DNA from: a virus
Lineage: Duplodnaviria; Caudoviricetes
Reading direction: 5' to 3' (one strand)
IMG/VR virus record: IMGVR_UViG_2919414237_000001
Location: 3,338-67,337 of that record
Length of the DNA: 64,000 bases
The position numbers and the translations under genes are program-made. The notes below the pieces were generated by a model. That model was given only the letters and a program-made list of their open reading frames with translations, made no database searches and was not told the origin of the DNA. This document shows positions 48,678 to 57,408 of this stretch, piece after piece. Every line of letters begins with the position of its first letter. The first letter of the stretch is position 1.

Positions 48678-48861
48678 ACCTTATAGAAACTACGTGAGCT
48701 GCACTTATAATTCCGTTGAAGATGTAAAAATTTCCGTTAAAGAATATATTAGAAAGCGCATCTACTAATTCTTCAGGTGTTCGAATCGGTTTTTCCGACT
48801 CAAGTAAAAGCGGTATTTTTTCGCCTGTAACTAGCGTAATTTCTATCCTAGTATTAAACAT
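48661..48861 (-). CDS. Hypothetical protein
   Basis: AGGAGG RBS. Confidence 0.6.
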   Translation of the reverse strand: MFNTRIEITLVTGEKIPLLLESEKPIRTPEELVDALSNIFFNGNFYIFNGIISAAHVVSIRFEEEE

Positions 48862-48876
48862 CCGATATTCGCCTCC

Positions 48877-49650
48877 TTAAAATTCGAAATTATCTTCTTT
48901 TAAGTCCGTGCCACTTGCGCCAATGCTTAACCCGATTAAGCTAATATCAAAGCCAGCCGCCACCAAGCTCTCCGTCATTTCCTTGTCGTCAGCTTCGTAA
49001 AGCAGTCCGTCAAATAGCGACATATCGAATTCCTTCGGTAACCCGTCTACGGCATCGTAAGCTTCGAAATTCTTGCGTTCCTTATCGTCCAAGTCCTCGT
49101 CTAAATCGAATAGTAACGATAGCATAACCGTAGTCTGTTGGCCGGACCCTGACTTCGAAAGTTCGAACGCCACCTTGCCGAGCTTCTTTTCGTTCTTTTT
49201 AATGACCGCATGGACTGTTTGCGCCTGCTTTTTCGATAGGTCGATAATGATCGGCTCGCCTGTCGCCAGGTCGATAAATCCGAGTGCATAGCGTTCCTTC
49301 GCTTTGAATTGGTACGCAAGCTCTGCGTATTCCTTTTCCTTATCCGCGTTGCCTGCGTCTTGGGCTTTGCGTTTTATGTCGTTGTAATACTGAAATGCGG
49401 AATCCCAAGGCGTGTAATTTTCTACCGGATAGCCTTTCGCGTTTTTAATGGAAGGATTTTTCGCAACGAAACTATTTACGCGTTTGAATATCCCATACGA
49501 GTAAAACCTGATAAGATCGGCAGTTCCCAACACGCGGACCTTGTAAGAGCTGCCGGATTTTAACGAAGCAAATTCTGCTTTGTTTCCGCCACCTTCGTTT
49601 ACTGCGTTAAGTGCGTTTAGCGCATCTGCGCCACTTTGAAATTGACTCAT
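48877..49650 (-). CDS. ssb: Phage single-stranded DNA-binding protein (gp32-like)
   Basis: Aromatic-rich core, acidic C-terminus (DLKEDNFEF), located in the replication cluster. Confidence 0.7.
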   Translation of the reverse strand: MSQFQSGADALNALNAVNEGGGNKAEFASLKSGSSYKVRVLGTADLIRFYSYGIFKRVNSFVAKNPSIKNAKGYPVENYTPWDSAFQYYNDIKRKAQDAGNADKEKEYAELAYQFKAKERYALGFIDLATGEPIIIDLSKKQAQTVHAVIKKNEKKLGKVAFELSKSGSGQQTTVMLSLLFDLDEDLDDKERKNFEAYDAVDGLPKEFDMSLFDGLLYEADDKEMTESLVAAGFDISLIGLSIGASGTDLKEDNFEF

Positions 49651-49659
49651 TAAATCGTC

Positions 49660-50325
49660 TCCTTTTCGGTTAATATTCGAACACCGGATAATTCCCGCGC
49701 CCGCTAGCGACTACTTACGGCGGAGTGACTTCATGACCTTTCGGCAATGTTTCCGCATCTCCAAATTCCGCTAAGAATGGCGACGGCTGCCTGTTCCGTC
49801 CTCGTAAGTAAATCGCTAGCCGACGCAGGCTTAACGGTACTTTCCGTTAGTCGTCCGCGAAAATGGCTCACGAACAACCGACGGTGTCCAAGGATATCTC
49901 GGACCTTCCCGTTTTCCTGCGAAGGTTATGGCCGCTGGCGGATTGCTCCGCTAATTAAGGTAAAATGTCGCCCTAACCCGTTTCATCAAGCGACTTGCGC
50001 GGTGCCCTCGCTAGTTAGCCGGCATCATTTCATCACCGCGTTCCCTGAGTAAGACGCATAAATTTGTTAGGCAGTGGCTTCGGAAGGAATCCCGAAACTG
50101 GATATATCACAGTATGTTTTTGTCGCCCCCTGCGCGGGATTACCGGACTACCCTCCGATACAAGCGATTTGTTCACCTTCGCTTCAGGCCGGGTCATCCG
50201 CCCATGGTCGCTTCGAAAGTCGCCAAGTCCTGGACGGTGGGCCGGCCGTTACGTACAGTCAGCTTGCGTCAGCGCTTTTGTTCGAAGCGTTCACGGACGG
50301 GCGATAATTGAATCGCCATCCATTC
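49660..50325 (-). ncRNA. Candidate large structured RNA or leader upstream of ssb
   Basis: No credible ORF; 25-bp helix with minus-strand G-U pairs, at least 8 other hairpins, GNRA loops. Confidence 0.6.
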
Positions 50326-50495
50326 GTTTATTTGCGTGTGCTGTCGTAAGTTGTGCCGTAAAATTTCACGTACATCGCGATCATCTGCTTGCGTTTAACC
50401 TCAGCGATGCTTATTAATGCGCCCATCATTCTCGACCTCCTCGATTTTACAAACTCCGTACATGACGTATGCAATAAACGCGATAGCTACGATAT

Positions 50496-50663
50496 TCAAT
50501 ACCATCCCGGCTTCACCGCCTTAATCGGACGGAGGCTGACACGCTCGTTCTCTCCGTCGCATAAGCGGATTGGATCGTGTTGCAACCGCTCAATCTGCCG
50601 CTCAACTAACGTATTCTTTTCGGATTGTTGTGCATAATATTTATTAACGGTTGAATTTTTCAC
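50496..50663 (-). CDS. Small hypothetical protein (55 aa), first of three micro ORFs down to ~50330
   Basis: GGAGG with GTG; downstream ORFs coupled. Confidence 0.5.
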   Translation of the reverse strand: MKNSTVNKYYAQQSEKNTLVERQIERLQHDPIRLCDGENERVSLRPIKAVKPGWY

Positions 50664-50795
50664 GCGGAAATACCTCCGTAATATTGATTTAATTATTTTT
50701 TAATGTTATTGTTATTTACGATTATGTTCGTTATGACGTATAATAGAAACGAGGAGTAGGACGTAATGCCTATTCGCCCTACTGACCTCGATAAA

Positions 50796-51407
50796 TTAAA
50801 GCGCAACTAAGAAATCGGAATAGTCGCCGTATTTTTTAGAATCGAATTTGCCCGCCAGGCGTTCGAGTGTGCGTATTACAGTAGAGTGGTGTAAACCGAG
50901 AACCTTCGCAATTGCCGTTGCGGTAGGCTTCGGATGTTGAAGGAATTCATTAACGACGCCAATCGTTTTTGCATCCGCATCGCTCAGAAGATAGTCGATC
51001 AGCGCCAACTGGTCGGCTTTTTTCTTTGCGGTAATAAAATCTTCGAGATTGAATTCGTCGGCGATTTCGAATGCCACTTCGGAACCGTCATCGTTTTCAA
51101 CTGGTGCTGCGTATACTTCGAATTCGGACAGTCGCTTTTTCTTTCGGTAGATGTCGTTGCGTTTGAAGCGAATGCTACGATTGAGCATGTTGATGAAATC
51201 CGCTCGACCGTCATACTTTTCGATGCAACTCATCAAAGTGTCTTGGTAGGCTGCGATGACTTCGTCTTTACTCGCCCTGATCGATTTGCCAACCGTTTCA
51301 AGGCTGCGCCAGTTTGCGGATACCATTTCGTAGATCTGCGTGAACGTTTCGTCACTTCGATCGTTTTGATACTTCAGCACCAGGTTATTAAGTTGTTGGT
51401 TATTCAT
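50796..51407 (-). CDS. Phage RNA polymerase sigma factor (sigma-70 family)
   Basis: Region 2-like YQDTLMSCIEKYD...FINML; region 4 HTH TATAIAKVLGLHHSTVIRTL. Confidence 0.8.
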   Translation of the reverse strand: MNNQQLNNLVLKYQNDRSDETFTQIYEMVSANWRSLETVGKSIRASKDEVIAAYQDTLMSCIEKYDGRADFINMLNRSIRFKRNDIYRKKKRLSEFEVYAAPVENDDGSEVAFEIADEFNLEDFITAKKKADQLALIDYLLSDADAKTIGVVNEFLQHPKPTATAIAKVLGLHHSTVIRTLERLAGKFDSKKYGDYSDFLVAL

Positions 51408-51433
51408 TTCAACACTCCTTTTATCGTGGCTTC

Positions 51434-51468
51434 ACTTTATTAAACGTATGGGTTTAAAAAGTCGCGCA
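51434..51468 (-). promoter_or_regulatory. 35-bp TGCGCGA-anchored motif, copy 4 (upstream of the sigma gene)
   Basis: ACTTTATTAAACG...TCGCGCA. Confidence 0.55.
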
Positions 51469-51624
51469 CATTTTTTTTTAAAATTATTTTTTAATGTACT
51501 TGCACGTTTTGCTTGTATTAAATATAGCATGGGTAACTGGAAATATGTAGAAAGTAAACAAACTTCCAATTCCGATATTTCGTTTACCAAGGTGAACAGT
51601 ATACCAAAGTATACATTATTGAAC

Positions 51625-51654
51625 AAAAAACAAAAGGCAGCCACGATGGCTGCC
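51625..51654 (-). terminator. Intrinsic terminator after aimP
   Basis: GGCAGCC-AUCGU-GGCUGCC followed by UUUUGUUUUUU. Confidence 0.8.
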
Positions 51655-51689
51655 ATAAAATACTTCATAATATTCACTTTTATATTCGA

Positions 51690-51827
51690 TCAACCGCCGA
51701 CTTTATCTGAGAAAAGGATAAACCCTCCAACCTTGTCGCTAGCAATATCTTTGCCTCCGTGACTAAGCACTAATGGAACAACGATGATGGCTGCTGCGAT
51801 TAAAACACCTAATAAAATTTTCTTCAA
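51690..51827 (-). CDS. aimP: Arbitrium pro-peptide AimP (45 aa)
   Basis: MKKILLGVLIAAAIIVV signal peptide; C-terminal SDKVGG twice; TTG start after AAGGGG; directly after aimR. Confidence 0.85.
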   Translation of the reverse strand: MKKILLGVLIAAAIIVVPLVLSHGGKDIASDKVGGFILFSDKVGG

Positions 51828-52983
51828 ATTTAACGTCCCCTTTAATTTCAATTTTGATTTTAATGAAGTCATCGACTAACGCTGATGTTTCTCCAAGCTT
51901 CTTAGCTTCTCTAGCCGCAATACTGGCGAATAAATAGTTAGATTGCTTGAAAAAATAACGTCTGCATTCGTGCATCTTTTCTAAAGAGTTTCTTGCGCAG
52001 GCTCTTAATAAGACTAAAAAATCATCTTCGCCCTGTTGAAAAATCGCCTCCTTCAGTAGTTTTAATTCGAATTCGCTACCCTTATTGTTTTGCAGTCGTA
52101 GTAGTATCGGATCAGAATCTGCATCTAGCTTGAAGTTTAAATAAAGTTTAGCGTAATCCAAGTTACGTCGAGCCATTTTTTCTATGCTGGGCTCTCCGAG
52201 TGTTTTGGCGATTTCGTATCTTATTCGAAGATTTTCGATACACTCGTTTCCATCTTCGGACAAGTACGACATCCCCACTATATCAAACGCACCAGAAACT
52301 GTTTTCGCGCATATATTTGCATTAATAATTAATGAAGCATAATAACGCGCAGATTCAACATCGTTAAAATGCACGCTAACATGGCCAAGTAATTCAGCAA
52401 TTCTATGTAAGTAACTTTCTTTGATGAATAAATGCCTATCATTAAATTGATAAACCAGTTTCTCAGCTTCTTTTGCTGTTTCTAATATTAAATGATACTT
52501 TTCGAAATAATAATAGTTATAGCACTTGATGATATCAGATAAAATCGCCAATTCTCCGGCTAGCTGCCCTACCTTATTCAACCTACTTACGATATCCTTG
52601 GCGCCGATTTCATCTGTATAAAAGTCGTAAAGTATTGAGTAAACTGCTACGTACTTTGAAACAGTTTTATCATTTGCGTATAAATCAATTAGTTGTTTTA
52701 ATACTTTTTTATTGCGAGTTATGGAAGCATACTCGAAGCTTTGCTTGATGGATTCTGTGGTATTTATACGCAAGCACCAGTTTGCCATAATTTCTTCTTG
52801 ATTATCCGGAAAAAGAACATACGATAATCTAAGGAGTTTACGAAAACTAAGTCCTCCTTTATTATTAAGGAAGCGAGATAATTCTTGTTTAGTACAACCA
52901 ATGAGTTTTGCGACTGTTTCAATATTCAAAGTGTCATGATCTTCAATAAGGTTGTAAATCTCTTTAGAAAGTGCGTTCACCAA
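51763..52983 (-). CDS. aimR: AimR-family peptide receptor
   Basis: N-terminal XRE HTH (VAKLIGCTKQELSRFLN), IKQSFEYASITR, TPR-like helical body, followed by a secreted peptide. Confidence 0.88.
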   Translation of the reverse strand: MVNALSKEIYNLIEDHDTLNIETVAKLIGCTKQELSRFLNNKGGLSFRKLLRLSYVLFPDNQEEIMANWCLRINTTESIKQSFEYASITRNKKVLKQLIDLYANDKTVSKYVAVYSILYDFYTDEIGAKDIVSRLNKVGQLAGELAILSDIIKCYNYYYFEKYHLILETAKEAEKLVYQFNDRHLFIKESYLHRIAELLGHVSVHFNDVESARYYASLIINANICAKTVSGAFDIVGMSYLSEDGNECIENLRIRYEIAKTLGEPSIEKMARRNLDYAKLYLNFKLDADSDPILLRLQNNKGSEFELKLLKEAIFQQGEDDFLVLLRACARNSLEKMHECRRYFFKQSNYLFASIAAREAKKLGETSALVDDFIKIKIEIKGDVKFEENFIRCFNRSSHHRCSISA

Positions 52984-53089
52984 AAATCCCCCTTAAAATT
53001 TATTGTTAATTTTTCCCTTAGTTGGTATAATTAAATTGTACCACAAATGTTCACTCAAGTATACACGAAATAGGAAGGAAGTGGATAAA

Positions 53090-53302
53090 ATGATAGACTT
53101 TTCTCCTCTCCACAAAACACTAGAAGAAAAGAATATGGTAATTAGTGATATGCGTGATAAAATCCTTCATCCTAAGACCATCGCAGCAATAAATAAAAAT
53201 AAAGACGTCAACCTAAGCACAATCGAAAAGATTTGCTTATTCCTTGACGTCCCCATTGAAAAAGTTGTCCGTTTTATTCCGGACGGCTCCAAACAAAAAT
53301 AA
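53090..53302 (+). CDS. Cro/CI-type HTH regulator
   Basis: FSPLHKTLEE; VNLSTIEKICLFLDVPIEKVV; start at 53090. Confidence 0.85.
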   Translation: MIDFSPLHKTLEEKNMVISDMRDKILHPKTIAAINKNKDVNLSTIEKICLFLDVPIEKVVRFIPDGSKQK

Positions 53303-53327
53303 ATTAATATAACGAGGTGAAGCACCG

Positions 53328-53549
53328 CTGATTACGGTCGGAAGGTGCTTGCTACAAGATCGGCTCGACGAAATCGGAATGTCGCAAGTCCAACTAGCGG
53401 AGAAAATCCGCAAAACTCCGTCCTACATATCGGACATCGCCAACGGACGCCATACCCTTTCGCTCAAGAACGCCAAACTAATCGCCGATGCAATCGGATG
53501 TCACATCGACGACCTATACGAATGGCACTATGTTAGCAAGCACCGTTAG
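53328..53549 (+). CDS. XRE-family HTH regulator
   Basis: MSQVQLAEKIRKTPSYISDIANG; GAGGTG RBS suggests a CTG start at 53328. Confidence 0.85.
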   Translation: MITVGRCLLQDRLDEIGMSQVQLAEKIRKTPSYISDIANGRHTLSLKNAKLIADAIGCHIDDLYEWHYVSKHR

Positions 53550-53561
53550 CAGAGGTAAGTA

Positions 53562-54533
53562 TTATTGCTTACCGCGACCAGGACTACGTAAACTTACGTA
53601 TATTTGCGGACAGCTTTCCGCCGACTCGACCGCTTCAACTAACGCCTCTACCCCACATTTCAACAACGCCTCATTCGCGTCCTTACAATCGCTTCTCACA
53701 TACGCATGCCTAACGCGTGTGTGCCCTTTCATCGCCATCTCGATTTCCCTCCGCAGTTTGCCGCCTGCCTTATCGTTATCCGTTGCGATAATTAGTTCCT
53801 CGATGGGCGATCGTAATATCAAATCCCGCTTCCAATGGTTAAAACTCGCGCCACCTACTGCGATGGCCGCTACGCCTGCTGTCTGCCAGCTCAGCGCATC
53901 AATTTCCGCCTCACAAATGACCGTCGTTGCCTCCGCCCGCTCAATTCCGTACACTAGCTCGCGAATAGGACGTCCGCCCTTTACGTAATAAAACGTCTTA
54001 CCGTAAATTTTGCGATATTTGACGTTGGCCAGGCGCCGGTCAGCCGAAAACCACGGAATGACGGCCGCCTGGCTTTGCGCATCATAAAGAACGCCCATTT
54101 GCCGTTGGACGCGCTCGCTAATTCCGCGATTTTTTAAATACGTATAATCTTCAGTAAATTTCGCTAAGATGTCGCTATTCAGCGGTTGCCTATTCCGCTG
54201 AATACGTAGATTAATAGGTTTGAGCGTAACGGTATCGCTGGCCTCTTCTTGCCATCCGTACTCAGTCCGCAAGTACTCTTCCGTTTCTTCATACGTTTCG
54301 TTGCGTAAATATGCAAGCAATTTTGCGAAGTTGCCGCTCCGCCATTCCTCGTCATACGCTCCGCTATCGGCCCATGTGCCTGCCGGAATGTCTCCGTAGG
54401 GCTCGAGGCGCACGAAAAAGGACGGAGAGTGGTCGTAGCGAAACGGCGATGCTGCGATAAGTTTGTGGGAAGACCAGCGCGGTTTAATCCACGTATACTT
54501 TTCGAGTTCCGCGCGAATATCAACGTTTTGCAT
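53562..54533 (-). CDS. DNA primase (TOPRIM)
   Basis: SPFR...PSF, KYRK, ICEAEIDALS, IATDNDKAG, KDANE. Confidence 0.9.
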   Translation of the reverse strand: MQNVDIRAELEKYTWIKPRWSSHKLIAASPFRYDHSPSFFVRLEPYGDIPAGTWADSGAYDEEWRSGNFAKLLAYLRNETYEETEEYLRTEYGWQEEASDTVTLKPINLRIQRNRQPLNSDILAKFTEDYTYLKNRGISERVQRQMGVLYDAQSQAAVIPWFSADRRLANVKYRKIYGKTFYYVKGGRPIRELVYGIERAEATTVICEAEIDALSWQTAGVAAIAVGGASFNHWKRDLILRSPIEELIIATDNDKAGGKLRREIEMAMKGHTRVRHAYVRSDCKDANEALLKCGVEALVEAVESAESCPQIYVSLRSPGRGKQ

Positions 54534-54668
54534 ATTGTATATCTCCCTTTCTCTAATCTAACTATACGACTAAAAAACGTAGGTGAAAAGGGTGAATTTT
54601 GTCGAATTTAATTTTTTGCAATAATTTTTATATCTTCGTAATAGAAACGTTACAAACGAAATAAATTA

Positions 54669-56021
54669 TCAGAAGTTGAACTGGCTGACGGCTGCCTCAC
54701 CCGTTTCCACCTCGCGCACAATACCGTAATTTGGTAAATATAAAACTTCGACTTGCGTTCCCTCGCCACCATTCCGCCCCTTACCGATTTCAATGATTCC
54801 GGCCCCATCTAACGTATCAATTCCGAACACATTCGCAGCATCCTCGAGCACCGCTTTGGTCTTTTTAATTTCCGCACGCTTTGGCGGTCTTAACTCCCGG
54901 TTGCCCTCATCGTCGCGGTCGTCCTTAACCTCGTCCGCCTGGGTGATAACGTGAATCACTGCGCCTGTCAATCCGGCAAGTCTCCGAATCCTCTTCGAAG
55001 TGTTCGCAACATCACCTCCGGCCACTTTCGACGTATTCGCTTCGTAGTCCATCAGATAAATCGGATCCACGACCACCACGTCAGCCTTTGTCGCAAGGAT
55101 ATCCGCCTCCAACTGCTTCACGTTCCGTGTAAAGAAGTCGGCATCGTCCGCAGCTCTTAGCGTAATATTGCCAGGCATATAGTCGCCTTCCGCCATTTGC
55201 AATAGGAATACTTCAAAGCCTGCCTCGAATTCATCCGAAAGTTTTCCGGTTAGGAGCGCCCGATTCTCGAAGCCTGCCTCGTAGTCGACTCCATCAATGT
55301 TCGCGTTCACAATGCCCGCCTTGGCGCTGATTGCCGAGTAAGCCCGCGCCATCCACTCAAATCGCGACATTTCCATCGCCCACACTAGAACGTTCGCCCC
55401 TTGCATGGCGGCCTCAATCGCTTCTTCCATCGTAAAGACGGATTTACCGCGACCGGATCGCCCGTGCCAAGTGTACATGTTTCCGCTGAGGTATCCGCCG
55501 ACTTGTTCGTTAATGGACGGAAATTTCGACTTCCGTATTTTGAATGATTCGCCGGCTTTTCTGCGTTTATATTCCGCAAGAAACGACTCAGCGTCCGTCT
55601 TGATGTCCGTCCCTATTTTCGAACTAGTGTTCGTATTTAGTTTAATACTTTCGACTTCCGATTGCAACCAGTCAAACAGCGAAAATATGTCTTTTTGCCC
55701 AACTTTTTCAAATTGTTCGCCAAGCTTGCCGTTAACCAATTCCGCAAATTGCACTTTTGCCGAGTGCTTCTTAATTTCGCGAGCTAAAAATTCGTAGGAA
55801 TCTGAAACTTGCGGTGTGTAGACGAAATCGGAACATTCAGCGGTAACAGTTGCATATCCGGGCGCCTGCCCACGATTCTTCTCCGCAAAATCAAGGATAA
55901 ACCGGAGGGTCTGCCTATCACCCTCCGTAGCACAATCCTTCGTTGTAATGCCGTATTTTGTCAGCGCTTGGACGTTGTTATCGTCGATTACTTTGCTTAG
56001 TAACATTTGCGTATAATGCAT
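54669..56021 (-). CDS. dnaB: DnaB-like replicative helicase
   Basis: GRSGRGKS; VVVDPIYLM; ITQ; KGRNG; start at 56021. Confidence 0.92.
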   Translation of the reverse strand: MHYTQMLLSKVIDDNNVQALTKYGITTKDCATEGDRQTLRFILDFAEKNRGQAPGYATVTAECSDFVYTPQVSDSYEFLAREIKKHSAKVQFAELVNGKLGEQFEKVGQKDIFSLFDWLQSEVESIKLNTNTSSKIGTDIKTDAESFLAEYKRRKAGESFKIRKSKFPSINEQVGGYLSGNMYTWHGRSGRGKSVFTMEEAIEAAMQGANVLVWAMEMSRFEWMARAYSAISAKAGIVNANIDGVDYEAGFENRALLTGKLSDEFEAGFEVFLLQMAEGDYMPGNITLRAADDADFFTRNVKQLEADILATKADVVVVDPIYLMDYEANTSKVAGGDVANTSKRIRRLAGLTGAVIHVITQADEVKDDRDDEGNRELRPPKRAEIKKTKAVLEDAANVFGIDTLDGAGIIEIGKGRNGGEGTQVEVLYLPNYGIVREVETGEAAVSQFNF

Positions 56022-56049
56022 TCGCTCACCTCTTTCACAATATAGCATA

Positions 56050-56660
56050 TTTTATTTTGCGTTCGCACTGTCATTAATTAGTGTACTTGTTTCGCAAAAT
56101 ATTCGAAGTGCGTATCAATAAGTTTTACTTTTCCCTTTGCGTTTTCCACACTTATTGCATTCCCAAAGAGACCGATTATACCCGTTTGCCCAACAATCAT
56201 AACCATAAAGGTTTCTTACAAACACATACTTATGCAAGCAAAATAGTTTTTTGAGCATCGTTTCACCCCTTCGCAATTTTCATCATTCGTGAATTAGATT
56301 CTCGAAGTGTGTATTAATTCAAATTCTCGTCATCTTCTTGGGTAACTCCATCGTCAATACAATCTCTACACAAATTATCGTTTCTTTTAATAGGGTTAGA
56401 CAAAAAATGTTCTCCACATCTAATACATTGATTAATCAATAAAATCACCCTTTCTCATTACACGATTCGAATCAAAGACAACTTTTTCTCGAAATGTGAC
56501 GTTAAACTCTTTTCAAAAAGTGCACAGGTATAATTTTTCTTACCCCTCGCAAATAGACCAACCTTCGTCCATTATTTTCAAATTCATCAAAATCACATTC
56601 ATAAGTAATGTTCCTACCTTCATAACTATCTTTAATAAACATTACTTTATCGCCCTTTTT
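56050..56660 (-). other. AT-rich cluster of 30-50 aa micro ORFs, two with CxxC pairs
   Basis: e.g. MLKKLFCLHKY...WECNKCG and MINQCIRCGE...LCRDC, each with an RBS. Confidence 0.5.
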
Positions 56661-56662
56661 AT

Positions 56663-57223
56663 CTAGTCCGCATCAGTTAACTTCTTCAACTCGGCATCAA
56701 TCGCAAATACCCGATCGCCAAACTCCTCGTTACCCGTCTTTTCCAGCATATCCGCAGCCCAAATCCGCATATCTAGCAAGTTATCAATCTTCTCGCCACG
56801 CTTCTTCCGTGCTGCCTTCTTCTCTTTCGCCAACTGTGAGCTCAATTCCCTTGCCGTCGGTTTACGTTCCGCCATTCCCATCGCTCCCTTTTCGTATTCT
56901 TCGATTTCTTCTAACGACTTCATAACACCCATCGCCCAATCCGGATACACTGGCGCCGCAGGCTTTGGATTTTCCCGCACATACGCAGCCGCATGGTCTG
57001 CGTCAGTCACAAACTCGACATCCTCTCCGTCAGCCTCCAAAAACTCGCCAGTGTAGGCGTCAATCACTTCGTACACGATTTCGTTATACTCCTCTTCCGG
57101 CAGGCAGTTCCGGATTAGTTGGTACGCGATGACCATAAACAGCCGCCCATCGTAGCCCTCGACCGTTACTAGGTCGCCGTGGTCTGCCGGTAGTTCAAAT
57201 TCGAATTCTTCGCTGTCTCTCAT
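56663..57223 (-). CDS. Hypothetical phage protein
   Basis: GDLVTVEGYDGRLF; KIDNLLD. Confidence 0.7.
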   Translation of the reverse strand: MRDSEEFEFELPADHGDLVTVEGYDGRLFMVIAYQLIRNCLPEEEYNEIVYEVIDAYTGEFLEADGEDVEFVTDADHAAAYVRENPKPAAPVYPDWAMGVMKSLEEIEEYEKGAMGMAERKPTARELSSQLAKEKKAARKKRGEKIDNLLDMRIWAADMLEKTGNEEFGDRVFAIDAELKKLTDAD

Positions 57224-57405
57224 CTGCGCGTCAACCTCCTAAACTGCGCTTCAACCTTTGCGCACGCCTCAGCGTAAATTTGTCGTTGAAATTCGTTAAC
57301 AGGAATAATCGTCTCTTTTATCCACGGATGATTTCCCCAGTATTGATAACGGAAATTCATTTCTAATAACGCTATTTTAGCATCAAGAGTATAATCGCGT
57401 TTCAT
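57220..57405 (-). CDS. Hypothetical protein
   Basis: Coupled to neighbours. Confidence 0.55.
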   Translation of the reverse strand: MKRDYTLDAKIALLEMNFRYQYWGNHPWIKETIIPVNEFQRQIYAEACAKVEAQFRRLTRR

Positions 57406-57408
57406 CTA

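Noticed and set aside
49660-50325. Group II intron, group I intron or tRNA identity for the structured region
   Set aside because: No domain V, no P7 R/S elements, no cloverleaf, and the region does not interrupt a gene.
49747-50417. ORFs 49747-50052 (+), 50064-50417 (+), 50074-50307 (+) and 50114-50311 (+)
   Set aside because: Antisense to the operon, no RBS, atypical composition; better explained as chance ORFs in GC-rich structured sequence.
51432-51677. 81-aa ORF as a protein AimX
   Set aside because: It reads through the strong aimP terminator and the motif, lacks a good RBS and resembles AT-rich chance sequence; a small aimX RNA is not excluded.
27250-54575. Second promoter class GTC(G)TATA(G/C) (minus strand) near 27260, 29877 and 54561
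   Set aside because: Short, variably spaced and without a conserved upstream element; too weak to support by eye.
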